Source: Candidatus Brocadia sp. (GTDB lineage Bacteria > Planctomycetota > Brocadiia > Brocadiales > Brocadiaceae). Taken from it: 32,000 bases of DNA. The translations under genes were made by a program, and so were the position numbers. Below are positions 9,167 through 17,944 of the stretch, in pieces. Where the stretch lies: assembly GCA_021650915.1 (NCBI GenBank), contig CP091279.1:3000001-3032000 (forward strand). The letters run 5' to 3'. Below the pieces are notes generated by a model, which was given only the letters and a program-made list of their open reading frames with translations, was not told where the DNA came from and did no database searches. How positions within the stretch are numbered: the stretch's first letter is position 1; each line of letters opens with the position of its first letter.

Positions 9167-9361
9167 CTACTTGCTGCCGGCTTGTACAACCTTATTTAAA
9201 GCCGCAAGCAAGGCATTCATGTCTATCCCGCTTGTAGCCACGGTCTTTTCAATACTGAAACCGCCGCCACAACACGCATCCACTTTAAAATTGCTGAAAA
9301 CCGTAACGGTCTTCGGATATTTCCTGATCACATCATTAATAACCATGTCTTTGGTAATCAT
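9167..9361 (-). CDS. Small ScdA_N (DUF542, YtfE/RIC N-terminal domain)-only protein
   Basis: VFSNFKVDACCGGGFSIEKTVATSGIDMNALLAAL aligns with the E. coli YtfE N-terminus (LFRKYDMDYCCGGKQTL...), recalled from memory. The ORF is open to 9418. However, GGGAGG (9375-9370) is optimally spaced (8 nt) only for the ATG at 9361. Confidence 0.65.
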   Translation of the reverse strand: MITKDMVINDVIRKYPKTVTVFSNFKVDACCGGGFSIEKTVATSGIDMNALLAALNKVVQAGSK

Positions 9362-9720
9362 TTTCATTTCCTCCCAAATTTTACCCTCAAAATACGTTTC
9401 TTTTTTAAGTCCCACCATGTCTCAATTATCTGATAAAACCCGGTCATAATAAAGCAAAATTTCATGAAAAAGCAATGTATTTTTCTTGAATTTTTCCTGA
9501 AAAACACGTATCGTATTTTCAAAAATGGTTCGCAGTCCAACAAACAAACGAAGCAGAGACAAAACCTTTTTTAGAGATAATTCCACGCAGGAGGAAAGGA
9601 CCACTATGTTCAGTATAAATAAATTAATTATATATAGTAATTGTTCACTGCCTGTGATAAAATATTTTTCTTTTGGATAATGAATCTATCACCATTTTTA
9701 TGTATGAAAGGGGGAATAAT

Positions 9721-10620
9721 ATGTCTGATATGCAGAATAACGGCACAAATCAGGAGTATGCCTTGCCCGTCATTGAAATTGACGCCTACGCTCCGGCGAA
9801 GATGGCCGATCGGGTAGGGCATGTTGGTGTGGCAAAATCTCAGCTCAGCACGCTGACAACGCTGGCGTTGAGCATTCTTGCGGGCGTCTTTATTGCGTTG
9901 GGTATGCAGCTCTCCATGCTCGTTACTCATACCGCCACCAATAACTACGGCTTAAACCAGCTGGTCGGCGGCGTAGCGTTTACCTTAGCCTTGATTCTGA
10001 TCGTCATTGCCGGCGCCGAACTTTTTACCGGAAATTGCCTCATCGCCATGTCCTTTATGGCAAGGAAGATTACCGGCAGGGACCTTGCCAGAAATTTGAT
10101 CGTTGCCTTTGTTGGCAACTTTATCGGCGCGCTCACCCTCGTGCTATGGATTTACAACTCCAACCAGTGGACGATCAACAACTATCTTCTCGGCGCTAAA
10201 ATTGTTCTTGCAGCAAACGACAAAGTAAATATCCCCTTTGGCGCCGCTTTTTGCCGCGGGGTGCTCTGTAATGCATTAGTATGTCTGGGTATCTGGTTAT
10301 GCTACAGCGGAAGAAGCAATCTGGACAAGATACTGGCATTGCTGTGGCCTATCTCCTGTCTCATTGCCTGTGGATTTGAACATTGTGTCGTTAATATGTG
10401 GCTGATTCCCATGGCGCTTATCCTGAAAGGAAACAGCAGCGTCCTGGAGGCTATAGCAAGGATTCACGAAGGACCGGCAGACCTTTCCCATCTTACCTTT
10501 TTTCACGGTTTTTTAATAAACAATCTGGTTCCGGTCGTCCTGGGAAATCTGTTTGGCGGCGTCGTCCTCATTGCAGGCGCGTACTGGTTCGTCTATTTGC
10601 GTCCATCAAGAACGATCTAA
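9721..10620 (+). CDS. Formate/nitrite transporter family channel (FocA/NirC-like), paralog 1
   Basis: FNT signatures are AELFTGN and GFEHCVVNM (central His). The protein is polytopic. The start at 9721 follows AGGGGG; the ORF track extends to 9673. Confidence 0.9.
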   Translation: MSDMQNNGTNQEYALPVIEIDAYAPAKMADRVGHVGVAKSQLSTLTTLALSILAGVFIALGMQLSMLVTHTATNNYGLNQLVGGVAFTLALILIVIAGAELFTGNCLIAMSFMARKITGRDLARNLIVAFVGNFIGALTLVLWIYNSNQWTINNYLLGAKIVLAANDKVNIPFGAAFCRGVLCNALVCLGIWLCYSGRSNLDKILALLWPISCLIACGFEHCVVNMWLIPMALILKGNSSVLEAIARIHEGPADLSHLTFFHGFLINNLVPVVLGNLFGGVVLIAGAYWFVYLRPSRTI

Positions 10621-10635
10621 AAGGAGACCTCAAAT

Positions 10636-11556
10636 ATGGCCGATCAAAATACACCAAAAACGGTAAAAATTGTCGATATCGACGCCTATTCACCACCTCA
10701 GATTGCCGAAAGGATAGACACGATTGCAACGGTAAAGGCAAGTATCGATACCACAAAGACCTTTCTGCTGGGGATCCTTGCTGGCGCGTATATTGCCTTT
10801 GGAGCACAATTCGCCACGCTGGTAACCTGCGACTCTACCTTGCATTACGGTCTTACTGCACTTGTTGCAGGCATTGTCTTTTCCCTCGGTCTTATTCTTG
10901 TCGTGATCGCTAGCGCGGAGCTATTTACGGGGAATACCTTAATAATCATGGGATACGTAAGCAGAAGAATCAATACCCGCGACATGCTCAACAACTGGGT
11001 TATTTCGTATGCAGGGAATTTCGTTGGCAGCATCTCCATGGTATTCTGGATGTATCATAGCCATCAGTTTGAATTCTTTCATCACATGGTCGGGGCAAAG
11101 GCGCTTCTTATTGCAAACATGAAAGTCAATTATACCTTCAAAACGGCTTTAGCGCGGGGCGTGCTCTGCAATTCCATGGTGTGTCTCGCCGTCTGGCTAT
11201 GCTTTAGCGGCAGAAGCGTTGCCGACAAGGTCATCTCTATTATCTTTCCGATCGGAGGATTCGTTGCCAGCGGCTTTGAACACTCCATCGCCAATATGTA
11301 CTTTATCCCGATTGGTATTGTATTGAGAAAAAATCCTGATGTTGTTGCCGCCGCAGAAAAGATGACAGGGAAGGCGCTGGACCTCTCACAACTCACGTGG
11401 AAGGGCTTTGTCTTTAATAATCTTATTGCCGTTACGCTTGGCAACATTGTGGGTGGCGTTATCCTGGTTGGCATTATGTTCTGGTTCGTTTACCTGCGGC
11501 CAAATATCAGCTTGTCCTTCAGCGTAAAACAGGATTTCTTCCGTGAAAAAAAATAA
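10636..11556 (+). CDS. Formate/nitrite transporter family channel (FocA/NirC-like), paralog 2
   Basis: FNT signatures are AELFTGN and GFEHSIANM. An RBS (AAGGAG) lies upstream. The gene starts 15 nt after paralog 1. Confidence 0.9.
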   Translation: MADQNTPKTVKIVDIDAYSPPQIAERIDTIATVKASIDTTKTFLLGILAGAYIAFGAQFATLVTCDSTLHYGLTALVAGIVFSLGLILVVIASAELFTGNTLIIMGYVSRRINTRDMLNNWVISYAGNFVGSISMVFWMYHSHQFEFFHHMVGAKALLIANMKVNYTFKTALARGVLCNSMVCLAVWLCFSGRSVADKVISIIFPIGGFVASGFEHSIANMYFIPIGIVLRKNPDVVAAAEKMTGKALDLSQLTWKGFVFNNLIAVTLGNIVGGVILVGIMFWFVYLRPNISLSFSVKQDFFREKK

Positions 11557-11574
11557 GTATTTGTTGCTGGGGAA

Positions 11575-11750
11575 ATAATTACCTTGAAAAAATCCCGGTG
11601 GAGAATGAGCTGCGTCTTCGCAACGATTTGATTTTGAAGATTTCCCAAAAAAACAGCATGTTGCCTGCAGCGTAGGGGCAGGCTTGAAACCTGCCCCTGC
11701 AAATCAATATCTTCCATACAGAAGTTTTTTCAAAAAGGCGAATTGTTACA
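11575..11750. repeat. Degenerate member of the modular intergenic repeat family
   Basis: It contains CCTTGAAAAAATCCCG (compare 26951-26968), the hairpin CGTAGGGGCAGGCTTGAAACCTGCCCCTGC (11671-11700), and TTTTTTCAAAAAGGCGAATTGTTACA (11725-11750; compare 27136-27160 and 988-1012). Confidence 0.5.
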
Positions 11751-11793
11751 GAGGAAAAAATGACTATTCATCAGAAGATCATTAGGTGGTAAA

Positions 11794-12141
11794 GTGCCTC
11801 CTTATCTCTTACTTATAGGAACGTTTGCCGCCTTCATCGCCTCTGCAGGAAGTTATTTTTTTGCCAAACCGAGGTTGGCAGCGGTTTTCCTTACCCTGTT
11901 TTACACCGGCAGCACGTTGCTCTCTTCTTCCTTGCTTTCACATCATCCCGCTGTTCTCTGCAGTATAATCATCGTCTTTGTTGCCCTGCCGGTACTGTGT
12001 CTTCTCCTCTTTGCCGCTGATGTACAGTACGGGCTCTTTTGCACGGACACATCTTTTGTCTTCGTGCTTGTCTGGTTATTGATTCCCCTGCTTTTCTCCA
12101 TAAACCTCATCATCTACCTTTTCAAGGATATCTATGCCTGA
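11794..12141 (+). CDS. Small hydrophobic membrane protein of unknown function, translationally coupled to lpxB
   Basis: 115 aa with about 4 predicted TM helices. It has a GTG start preceded by AGGTGG. Its 3' end overlaps the lpxB start by 8 nt. I recognise no family. Confidence 0.45.
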   Translation: MPPYLLLIGTFAAFIASAGSYFFAKPRLAAVFLTLFYTGSTLLSSSLLSHHPAVLCSIIIVFVALPVLCLLLFAADVQYGLFCTDTSFVFVLVWLLIPLLFSINLIIYLFKDIYA

Positions 12142-13264
12142 CATGTACAAAGTATTCATTAGTGCGGGCGACTCCTCCGGGGATATTCACGGCGCGAATC
12201 TCATGTCCTGTATGAAGGAAAAAAATCCCCGGATACAATTTTATGGACTGGGAAAGAACCGCATGAAACAGGCCGGTTTACATTGTCTGCATGATATGTC
12301 TGCCAAATCACTCATGTGGCTCCACGTCCTGACGGAACTCACCACCTTTTTTAACATAAAAAAAGATTGTGTCCGTTTCCTCCAACGGGATCGACCCCGG
12401 GTAGTTATTCTGATCGACTATTGCGGTTTTAATTTTCATCTGGCCAGGGCAGCAAAGAAACTGAAAATTCCTGTTGTTTATTATATCTGTCCGCAGCTCT
12501 GGGCGCACGGGCCGTGGCGGGTGAAAAAGATGAAAAAACTCGTGGATAAATTAATCGTCATTTACCCCTTTGAGAAACCCTTTTACGAGGCGGCGGCGAT
12601 TCCTGTTACATACGTGGGACATCCGTTATTCGATGAAATGCACATCAAGGCCGTAGACGAGGGGACAGTCTCAGAACTCAAAAAAACCGGTGAGCCTATT
12701 ATCTCTTTCCTGCCGGGAAGCCGCAGGCAGGAAATCGTCCGGTTATTGCCCTTGTTCCTCCGGGCGGCTGAACTCATATATCAGTCAAACCCTGCTGCCC
12801 AATTTCTTGTCTCCTGCAGTGAAGAACACTATGCTCCGCTTATCCAGGATATTGTCAGGCAGACAACTATTCCTTGTAAAATTATCCAGGGAAGCGCTCA
12901 TGAGATCATCAAGGCGTCCAGCCTCTGTATCGCCGGTGCGGGAACGATTACCTTGCAGATAGCCTCCTACCTGAAACCGATGGTCATTCTTTACAAAGTA
13001 TCTCCCTTCGCTTACTTCATTGCCCGTCCTTTCCTGACAACCCCTTATATTGGACTGGTAAATGCCCTTGCGCAAGAGACCATTGTTCCCGAACTCCTTA
13101 TGTGCAGAAAAAATTATCGCTGGTTAGCTCGTGAGGCCATGCAACTACTCAGCAACAGCCAAAAAAGACAAGCCTGTATAGATGAATTAACTTCTTTGAT
13201 TGGCGAGATTGGAAGGCCCGGGGCGTCTGAACATGCAGCGGAGGAGATAGTAAAACTTCTATAA
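12134..13264 (+). CDS. lpxB: Lipid-A-disaccharide synthase
   Basis: 376 aa. The N-terminal motif SAGDSSGDIHGANLM matches the GExSGD motif of LpxB, and the length is GT19-like. Confidence 0.9.
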   Translation: MPDMYKVFISAGDSSGDIHGANLMSCMKEKNPRIQFYGLGKNRMKQAGLHCLHDMSAKSLMWLHVLTELTTFFNIKKDCVRFLQRDRPRVVILIDYCGFNFHLARAAKKLKIPVVYYICPQLWAHGPWRVKKMKKLVDKLIVIYPFEKPFYEAAAIPVTYVGHPLFDEMHIKAVDEGTVSELKKTGEPIISFLPGSRRQEIVRLLPLFLRAAELIYQSNPAAQFLVSCSEEHYAPLIQDIVRQTTIPCKIIQGSAHEIIKASSLCIAGAGTITLQIASYLKPMVILYKVSPFAYFIARPFLTTPYIGLVNALAQETIVPELLMCRKNYRWLAREAMQLLSNSQKRQACIDELTSLIGEIGRPGASEHAAEEIVKLL

Positions 13265-13312
13265 GAAGTTTAATTTACAGAACATGCTTTACACGGTATT
13301 TTACAGAACGTT

Positions 13313-13375
13313 CTATTTTAGCAAAAGAATTCCAACCAATTTTGGTGATAGATTTTGGTCGAAGCGCAGATTCAT
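13313..13375 (-). pseudogene. 20-codon remnant of a DUF5615 (PIN-like toxin) gene, coupled to the DUF433 gene
   Basis: The ATG shares one base with the DUF433 TGA stop (TGATG, 13377-13373). The translation MNLRFDQNLSPKLVGILLLK* resembles the typical DUF5615 N-terminus (M..F..DENLSP.LV..L), then terminates. Confidence 0.4.
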
Positions 13376-13761
13376 CACTGCGCTATCAATAACTGACAAT
13401 CACGATCAGCAGCATAACCCAAACATACCTGAATGTCTTCTTTCGTCAGGCAAGAAAAATCTTTTAGTATATCTTGTGTGGTCATTCCCGCCGCTAAATA
13501 TGACAATACATCATACACCGTAATGCGCATACCGCGAATACATGGTTTCCCACAACGTTTGCCAGGTTCGATTGTTATTACTTCCTGATATTTCACAGAT
13601 AGGTTAAGAATCTCAAATAAAGTATCTAAAAGCGTGGTAATTACTACATAGCGCGGCACAGCCGCAACCAAATTTCCTTTATAAAAGCGGGGAGATTGCT
13701 TCGGAAAAGGCCCTCGCAAGACACCGGCCATGCACTTTGATGGCACACTGCACGTTGTCAT
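13375..13761 (-). CDS. DUF433 domain protein (antitoxin-like)
   Basis: The C-terminal 70 aa, ITIEPGKRCGKPCIRGMRITVYDVLSYLAAGMTTQDILKDFSCLTKEDIQVCLGYA, match the DUF433 pattern. The start is uncertain. Typical family members are about 75 aa, and an in-frame GTG at 13598 would give 74 aa. Confidence 0.7.
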   Translation of the reverse strand: MTTCSVPSKCMAGVLRGPFPKQSPRFYKGNLVAAVPRYVVITTLLDTLFEILNLSVKYQEVITIEPGKRCGKPCIRGMRITVYDVLSYLAAGMTTQDILKDFSCLTKEDIQVCLGYAADRDCQLLIAQ

Positions 13762-13999
13762 CTATGAAAAAGCATGTCAAGAAAAAATATTATCCCTGTT
13801 GACAAAAAAACCAAAGAAATGTTTTCTTGCCATGCGTCCCTTCCGCTTAACTGAGGCTAATCAAGCCATAAAGTCCTGAGTGCATGAATGACAAACAGAT
13901 TATTATCGTTTTCTTTCTACTACCTTCTCTGAAATACCTTCGGCAATCGGTTTTCAGTCATCTATCGGTGCTCTTTGCTGAGCATGGTAATTTTCGATT

Positions 14000-15330
14000 T
14001 AAACGAGGGCGGATCAACCATTGCGTTGGACCTCTTTGGGTCAATGACACGTGGATCTCATCCCTCTCTCAAGAAAACAGGTGCGAACCAGCCTTTCATG
14101 CCCTCTTGCCCTGTTTTACTTGATTAGATTGCCAGTGATCAGTCTGTCATTATATTTCTCACTCTTCCTCCACACGCTTAAAGATATTGCCGCTATCTTA
14201 CGACATACTGCATTATAGGCATTGTCATGACCGATGCCTTTCAACCGCAAGGTATCGTAATAGTTCCTTAAACCGCTCTTACCCTTTAAAACCGAATGTC
14301 CTGCCATCTTGTATACGCATTTTAATATCCGATTTCCCCAAATCTTTTCACTCCCATATCCCCTCCCATCACTTATCCTCTTATGCCTCACCAACCCACA
14401 GTAGCTGTAATATTTGTACTTACTGCTAAACCTCTCCGGGTCTATTACCTGTGATACGATCTTCGCCGCCTGGATACTCCCAATGCCGGGAATGCTCTTG
14501 AGATATTTTATCTCTTTAAATCCCTTACTGCATCGAACGATCTCTTTTACATATTCCTGCCTGCCTTCTTCCATCTTCTCTAAAAGCTGATAGATCTGCG
14601 TGCCAATAAATTGAAAGTCTCTTCGCTCTAATCCTTCCAGGAAACTCTCGTCGTTATATAACGCTTCACCTTTGATTTTCTTCCCACTTTTCCGAAATAA
14701 GGATTTGTATCGGTTCTTTAGCCTCACACCCTCTTCAATGAAATCCTGATACCCGGACATTAAACTCCTTAACCTCTCCCTCTTTGAACCATCATGATAT
14801 ACCGGTACGAGAAAACCTCCTCGCAAAAGATTCGACAGCTTCCTGGCATCCATCTTGTCCGTCTTTTTCTTCTTGTAGTCTCCGTTTGCTACTGGATTGC
14901 ATACGATCAACTCATCTACTTCTGGTCTCAATATCTCATACAGCCAGTTGCTTAATTCACACTCTTCAAAGGTCAGTTTCTTAACACCCTCCACTCCCCT
15001 CAAGTACTTCACCAAAAGCCGACCATTGCTCTCAATCGTAGTGTTGTCTACTTCCCTCCCTCTTTCATCCGTCACATTGAATGTACATGTTGACGAATGT
15101 GCATCCAATCCTATATACTTTATCATACAGCCTCCTTTCCAAGGTTTAAAGACTTACCACCTTAATTGGTGGTCTAAAGCCTTTATGATATTTAATATCA
15201 CAAAAGGTTATCGCCTATTCAAGGCTTTTTAACCTCCTTGGAAGGACGCTGCTTTTTCATATTACCATTGCGAGTGAAGCGAAGCAATCTTTCACTCATA
15301 AAAAACGGTACCTCCTGAAAAGGGTTTGTG
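14000..15330 (-). mobile_element. IS110-family insertion sequence; boundaries are approximate and not determined
   Basis: A single transposase ORF with non-coding ends. IS110 elements lack clear terminal inverted repeats, and there is no second copy in the window, so the ends cannot be fixed from the sequence alone. Confidence 0.5.
14116..15126 (-). CDS. IS110-family (DEDD) transposase/recombinase
   Basis: 336 aa. It has the N-terminal IGLDAHS motif (DEDD RuvC-like) and the C-terminal Transposase_20-type motif IPGIGSIQAAKIVSQVIDPERFSS...YCGLVRHKRISDG. Confidence 0.9.
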   Translation of the reverse strand: MIKYIGLDAHSSTCTFNVTDERGREVDNTTIESNGRLLVKYLRGVEGVKKLTFEECELSNWLYEILRPEVDELIVCNPVANGDYKKKKTDKMDARKLSNLLRGGFLVPVYHDGSKRERLRSLMSGYQDFIEEGVRLKNRYKSLFRKSGKKIKGEALYNDESFLEGLERRDFQFIGTQIYQLLEKMEEGRQEYVKEIVRCSKGFKEIKYLKSIPGIGSIQAAKIVSQVIDPERFSSKYKYYSYCGLVRHKRISDGRGYGSEKIWGNRILKCVYKMAGHSVLKGKSGLRNYYDTLRLKGIGHDNAYNAVCRKIAAISLSVWRKSEKYNDRLITGNLIK

Positions 15331-15882
15331 AAAAAACTTACAGAAAAAAGAAGTTTTTATACAGTAATACCATAAATGATGCTTACTATAAGTTTTTTTT
15401 AAACTCCTTCTGCGCAGATTGGTTACTCTTGAGTGCTTGGCATTCGGTCGCGCCTTTTTCTATCCATGACGCACCAGCAATCGATATATAGTTGACAGAG
15501 GCGTGTTATGTCCAAGTCATTTTACCAGAGATGCATGAATAGGAGGCACTGAAAGGACGTCCATGAAGGGCTTTCATCAAAAAACAAAGTCTGCTAAGAA
15601 AGCAGAATCTGCGATCACAACCACATAGGTTCCTAGTGTAAAGACATATTAGTAACGAAACATATAAATGCTGTTTCGCAGCGCGATATAGCTAAAATTG
15701 TCCACAATATATAATTTGTAATTAATATGTCTGCACACTAGAGGAATTTGAATCTCTTGGAGTCTCTCAACAACAAGTTGGTTTCGGATTTTAATTGTTC
15801 TTTGGCAGAATTTCTCGGTAAAATAAGAATTTATCGTTACAAAATGCTCTGAGTCATCTTCATATATAAGGATATTTGTCAA

Positions 15883-16926
15883 ATGTTCGGAATGTATCGC
15901 ACATTATTAGCCCTTCTTGTGGTTTTGTCACATTTAGGCGGCATTCCTGTAATTGGTGGATATGCCGTTTTTGCGTTTTATATACTAAGTGGTTATTTGA
16001 TAACGCTGATAATGCAAAAAACCTATGGTTACTCACGCGTAGGTTTTTTCAGATATGCATTAAATAGATTTTTAAGAATATTTCCAATGTATTGGTTTTC
16101 ATGCCTTATTTCTATTGTATTAATACTCTGGGTGGGAAAAGAATTTACCATTAATTATTGCGACGCATTGTATATACCAGAAAATGTTCGTTCAACCATA
16201 AATAATTTATTTATCGTTTTCCCAAATAGTACGAAGGACATGCCTCGGCTAACACCACCAACATGGGCTCTCAGTATAGAGTGTTTTTTTTACCTATGCA
16301 TTGGTCTTGGATTGTCTAAAACGAGACGCTTGGTGTTAATATGGTTCTTTTTAAGTGTCGCATACCATATTGGTGTTAATCTTTTAGGCTTGAGCTTTGC
16401 GTACAAGTACACGATTATTACTGCCGCTTCACTTCCTTTCTCGACAGGGGCATTAATATATTTTTACAAAGATACTTTCCTAAAAGCCTTTGCGTTTTTA
16501 AGAAACCCTTTTATGCCTTACCTGCTTATATTTCTCTTTTTTTTAAATTGGTACTTAGGTTATCAATTGCACGCTCTGTATGGTATTTCTTTTTATATTA
16601 ATTACGTCCTTAATGCAACGATGATAATTTCACTTGCAGAGAGAACATCGTTACCCTGGATACCGAAGCGGATCGATGCGCAGATAGGGGATTACAGCTA
16701 TCCAATATACCTCATTCATTATCAAGCCGGATTAATACTGCTTATAATTCTTGCGGTTTTTGGTATTCGAGTTACTCGGCCTAATGGACTGCTAATGATT
16801 ACTTCAATTCCTCTTATTTTTGCTGTGTCATGGGTTTTAATAATTATAATAGAACACCCAATCGAGCTTGTAAGGGTTAGAATAAAAACTCGTGGCTTCA
16901 AATCAAGCCGGACGATCACAACCTAG
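15883..16926 (+). CDS. Acyltransferase family 3 (AT3, OafA/YrhL-like) integral membrane O-acyltransferase
   Basis: 347 aa with about 10 TM helices. The N-terminus RTLLALLVVLSHLGG...FYILSGYLIT is typical of Acyl_transf_3. The gene is AT-rich compared with its flanks. Confidence 0.85.
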   Translation: MFGMYRTLLALLVVLSHLGGIPVIGGYAVFAFYILSGYLITLIMQKTYGYSRVGFFRYALNRFLRIFPMYWFSCLISIVLILWVGKEFTINYCDALYIPENVRSTINNLFIVFPNSTKDMPRLTPPTWALSIECFFYLCIGLGLSKTRRLVLIWFFLSVAYHIGVNLLGLSFAYKYTIITAASLPFSTGALIYFYKDTFLKAFAFLRNPFMPYLLIFLFFLNWYLGYQLHALYGISFYINYVLNATMIISLAERTSLPWIPKRIDAQIGDYSYPIYLIHYQAGLILLIILAVFGIRVTRPNGLLMITSIPLIFAVSWVLIIIIEHPIELVRVRIKTRGFKSSRTITT

Positions 16927-17008
16927 CATCGATTAGTTGCAACATAGCTTGATTAGGCACTTGAAGTGTAAATTTGATCTTGCAAATGAATTTGCTTGTA
17001 ACTTTATC

Positions 17009-17766
17009 ATGATTATTGTTACGTTAATCCTTATTTTGATTGTTTCAATCCTTTTGAACTTCTACCTTTTCAATCAAAGCCGGAAATACTCTTCCCGACT
17101 CCTTTTAACCCGTTTGGACCCTTTAGGTCTGAGCGTTTATCCTCCTCGAAATAATCAAAAAAAATTTCCTGCAAAACTACGTTTCGTTTTTTTTTGGTGA
17201 CTCCAGAGCTTATCAATGGCCAGCACCAGCCGGTCTCGATCAATTTGAGTTCATCAATCGCGGTATTGGTGCACAAACTTCGGCTCAGGCTGTCCAACGA
17301 TTCGATAAACACGTTGCCCCCTTACATCCTGATATCTTACTTATTCAAACGTGTATCAACGACTTGCAGGCAATTCCTTCGCTCGTTGATTTACAATCCT
17401 GGATTATCTCGAACTGCAAAGATAATATTAGATGGATTGTACAGAAAGCGCGAATTCAAGGAGCTATAGTCGTTTTGACAACGATCTTTCCGCAGGGGGA
17501 AACCTCGTCTTGGACGCAGCTGGTTTTGGTCTGATGATGTTAGCAAGGCGATTAGAGAAGTCAACGAATTTATGTATACGTTGCAAGAGCAAAAAGTAAT
17601 TATGTTTGATACAGGACAGGTATTGGCAGATGAAAAAGGGTTGATTCGAGCGAGATACAGCAGGGATTTCTTACATTTAAATAAAGTTGGTTACGAAGCA
17701 TTGAATGGAAAACTGGTAGAAATTTTAAAAGCATTAATGTCTATAAAGCCAACCAATGAAGTGTAG
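17009..17766 (+). pseudogene. Membrane-anchored SGNH/GDSL hydrolase, split over three frames by two single-base frameshifts
   Basis: Frame 2 gives a TM anchor, MIIVTLILILIVSILL...LRFVFFW*. Frame 0 gives FFGDSRAYQW...NRGIGAQTS...IQTCINDL...TTIFPQGE. Frame 1 gives ...WFWSDDVSKAIREVNEF...DFLHLNKVGYEAL. All four SGNH blocks are present (GDS, G, ND, DxxH). The breaks sit at a T9 run (17187-17195) and probably at a G5 run (17495-17499). Confidence 0.75.
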
Positions 17767-17944
17767 AGAAAAACAAGGGTTACTCATCTTAACCCGCACT
17801 TCGCAATTCGAAGGGTAGGCAAACCGCTAAGTCAGGAACACTATCTGTCCTGAGGCATAAATTTTGGGTGATTCTTTTCTGGACACGTCAATATCAACTG
17901 CATTAAAAGAAGCGCGACGTCCTTCTCCGGCTGGATATAATGAC

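Noticed and set aside
9606-9680. Possible 24-codon leader peptide (MFSINKLIIYSNCSLPVIKYFSFG) upstream of FNT paralog 1, with an AGGAGG 11 nt upstream
   Set aside because: The Shine-Dalgarno spacing is long, there is no obvious attenuator structure, and AT-rich spacers generate such mini-ORFs by chance.
10398-10913. 171-aa Arg/Cys-rich ORF overlapping the junction of the two FNT genes
   Set aside because: It is an alternative frame of two confidently identified transporter genes. Its composition (R, C and S-rich, low complexity) is typical of an off-frame artefact.
13884-14123. 79-aa plus-strand ORF between the DUF433 gene and the transposase stop
   Set aside because: It has no RBS and no recognisable domain. 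It probably lies in the non-coding 3' end of the IS110 element or its junction.
15649-15882. 77-aa minus-strand ORF whose start abuts the AT3 gene ATG
   Set aside because: It lies in a very AT-rich region where random ORFs are expected. Back-to-back start codons leave no promoter space, and I recognise no family. It cannot be fully excluded as a small accessory protein.
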